Source of the DNA: an uncultured Solibacteraceae bacterium
Lineage (GTDB): Bacteria > Acidobacteriota > Vicinamibacteria > Vicinamibacterales > SCN-69-37
Length of the DNA: 64,000 bases
Reading direction: 5' to 3'
Assembly: GCA_964419785.1 (NCBI GenBank)
Contig: CAYQRM010000113.1
Span: 1,376-65,375, forward strand
Shown piece by piece: positions 63,832-64,000 of the stretch (position 1 is its first letter; the number at the start of each line of letters is the position of its first letter). The notes under the pieces were generated by a model. That model searched no databases. It was given only the letters and a program-made list of their open reading frames with translations, and was not told the origin of the DNA. The position numbers and the translations under genes were made by a program.

Positions 63832-64000
63832 GTGAGACGACTTCTGCTTCTCGGCGTTCTGACCGCCGCCGCGTGCGGCGGCAGCAGCTCGAGCCCCTCG
63901 GGGACGGGCACCGCGCAGGTGGGCTTTCTCTGGAGTGCCACCGTGACGCAAACCACCGCGAGCGGCGGCCAGGAGTGCCTGCTTTCCTTCCAGTCGGCCA
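63832..64000 (+). CDS. Putative lipoprotein, 5' fragment (continues beyond window end)
   Basis: It is not in the ORF track because it is open at the window edge. The GTG at 63832 follows AGGATCGAGG. My translation is VRRLLLLGVLTAAACGGSSSSPSGTGTAQVGFLW..., with lipobox LTAAAC. Confidence 0.45.
   Translation, partial: MRRLLLLGVLTAAACGGSSSSPSGTGTAQVGFLWSATVTQTTASGGQECLLSFQSA

Overview
High-G+C, densely coding chromosomal segment with about 50 protein genes and one tRNA. I saw no rRNA, CRISPR array, transposase or integrase. The gene families present are three ADOP-type duplicated MacB/FtsX permeases, a TIGR03436-like VWA protein, carboxypeptidase-regulatory-like repeat proteins and three sortilin/BNR beta-propeller paralogues. 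These families are typical of Acidobacteria-like soil bacteria; that taxonomic reading is inference from gene content only. The window is dominated by large secreted hydrolases (BNR proteins, an M14 peptidase, a GH38 mannosidase, M28 and C1 peptidases). It also holds a CUT2 sugar ABC transporter, a sigma54-type two-component system, and small redox and metabolic operons. Two real CDSs run off the window edges and are therefore missing from the ORF track: a Ser/Thr kinase at 1..2009 (-) and a lipoprotein at 63832..64000 (+). Many track ORFs are GC-rich antisense shadows or carry spurious N-terminal extensions, so I trimmed starts where an SD plus ATG/GTG supports it. The most interesting observations are as follows. 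(1) GGRGG-type Gly/Arg-rich inserts recur in five unrelated secreted enzymes. (2) A Tat-Rieske operon includes a 4-TM protein with four juxtamembrane histidines. (3) A pore-loop channel gene is translationally coupled to an NADPH:FMN reductase gene. (4) A 106-bp near-perfect palindrome contains a permease stop codon. (5) A tandem three-hairpin element sits next to tRNA-Thr. (6) Low-GC AAGTCG-type repeats are shared between distant intergenic spacers. (7) GGTTGACATC promoter/operator-like repeats lie around an ADOP gene. I found no recognisable defence, toxin-antitoxin or mobile system. All functional links are inference from the sequence alone.
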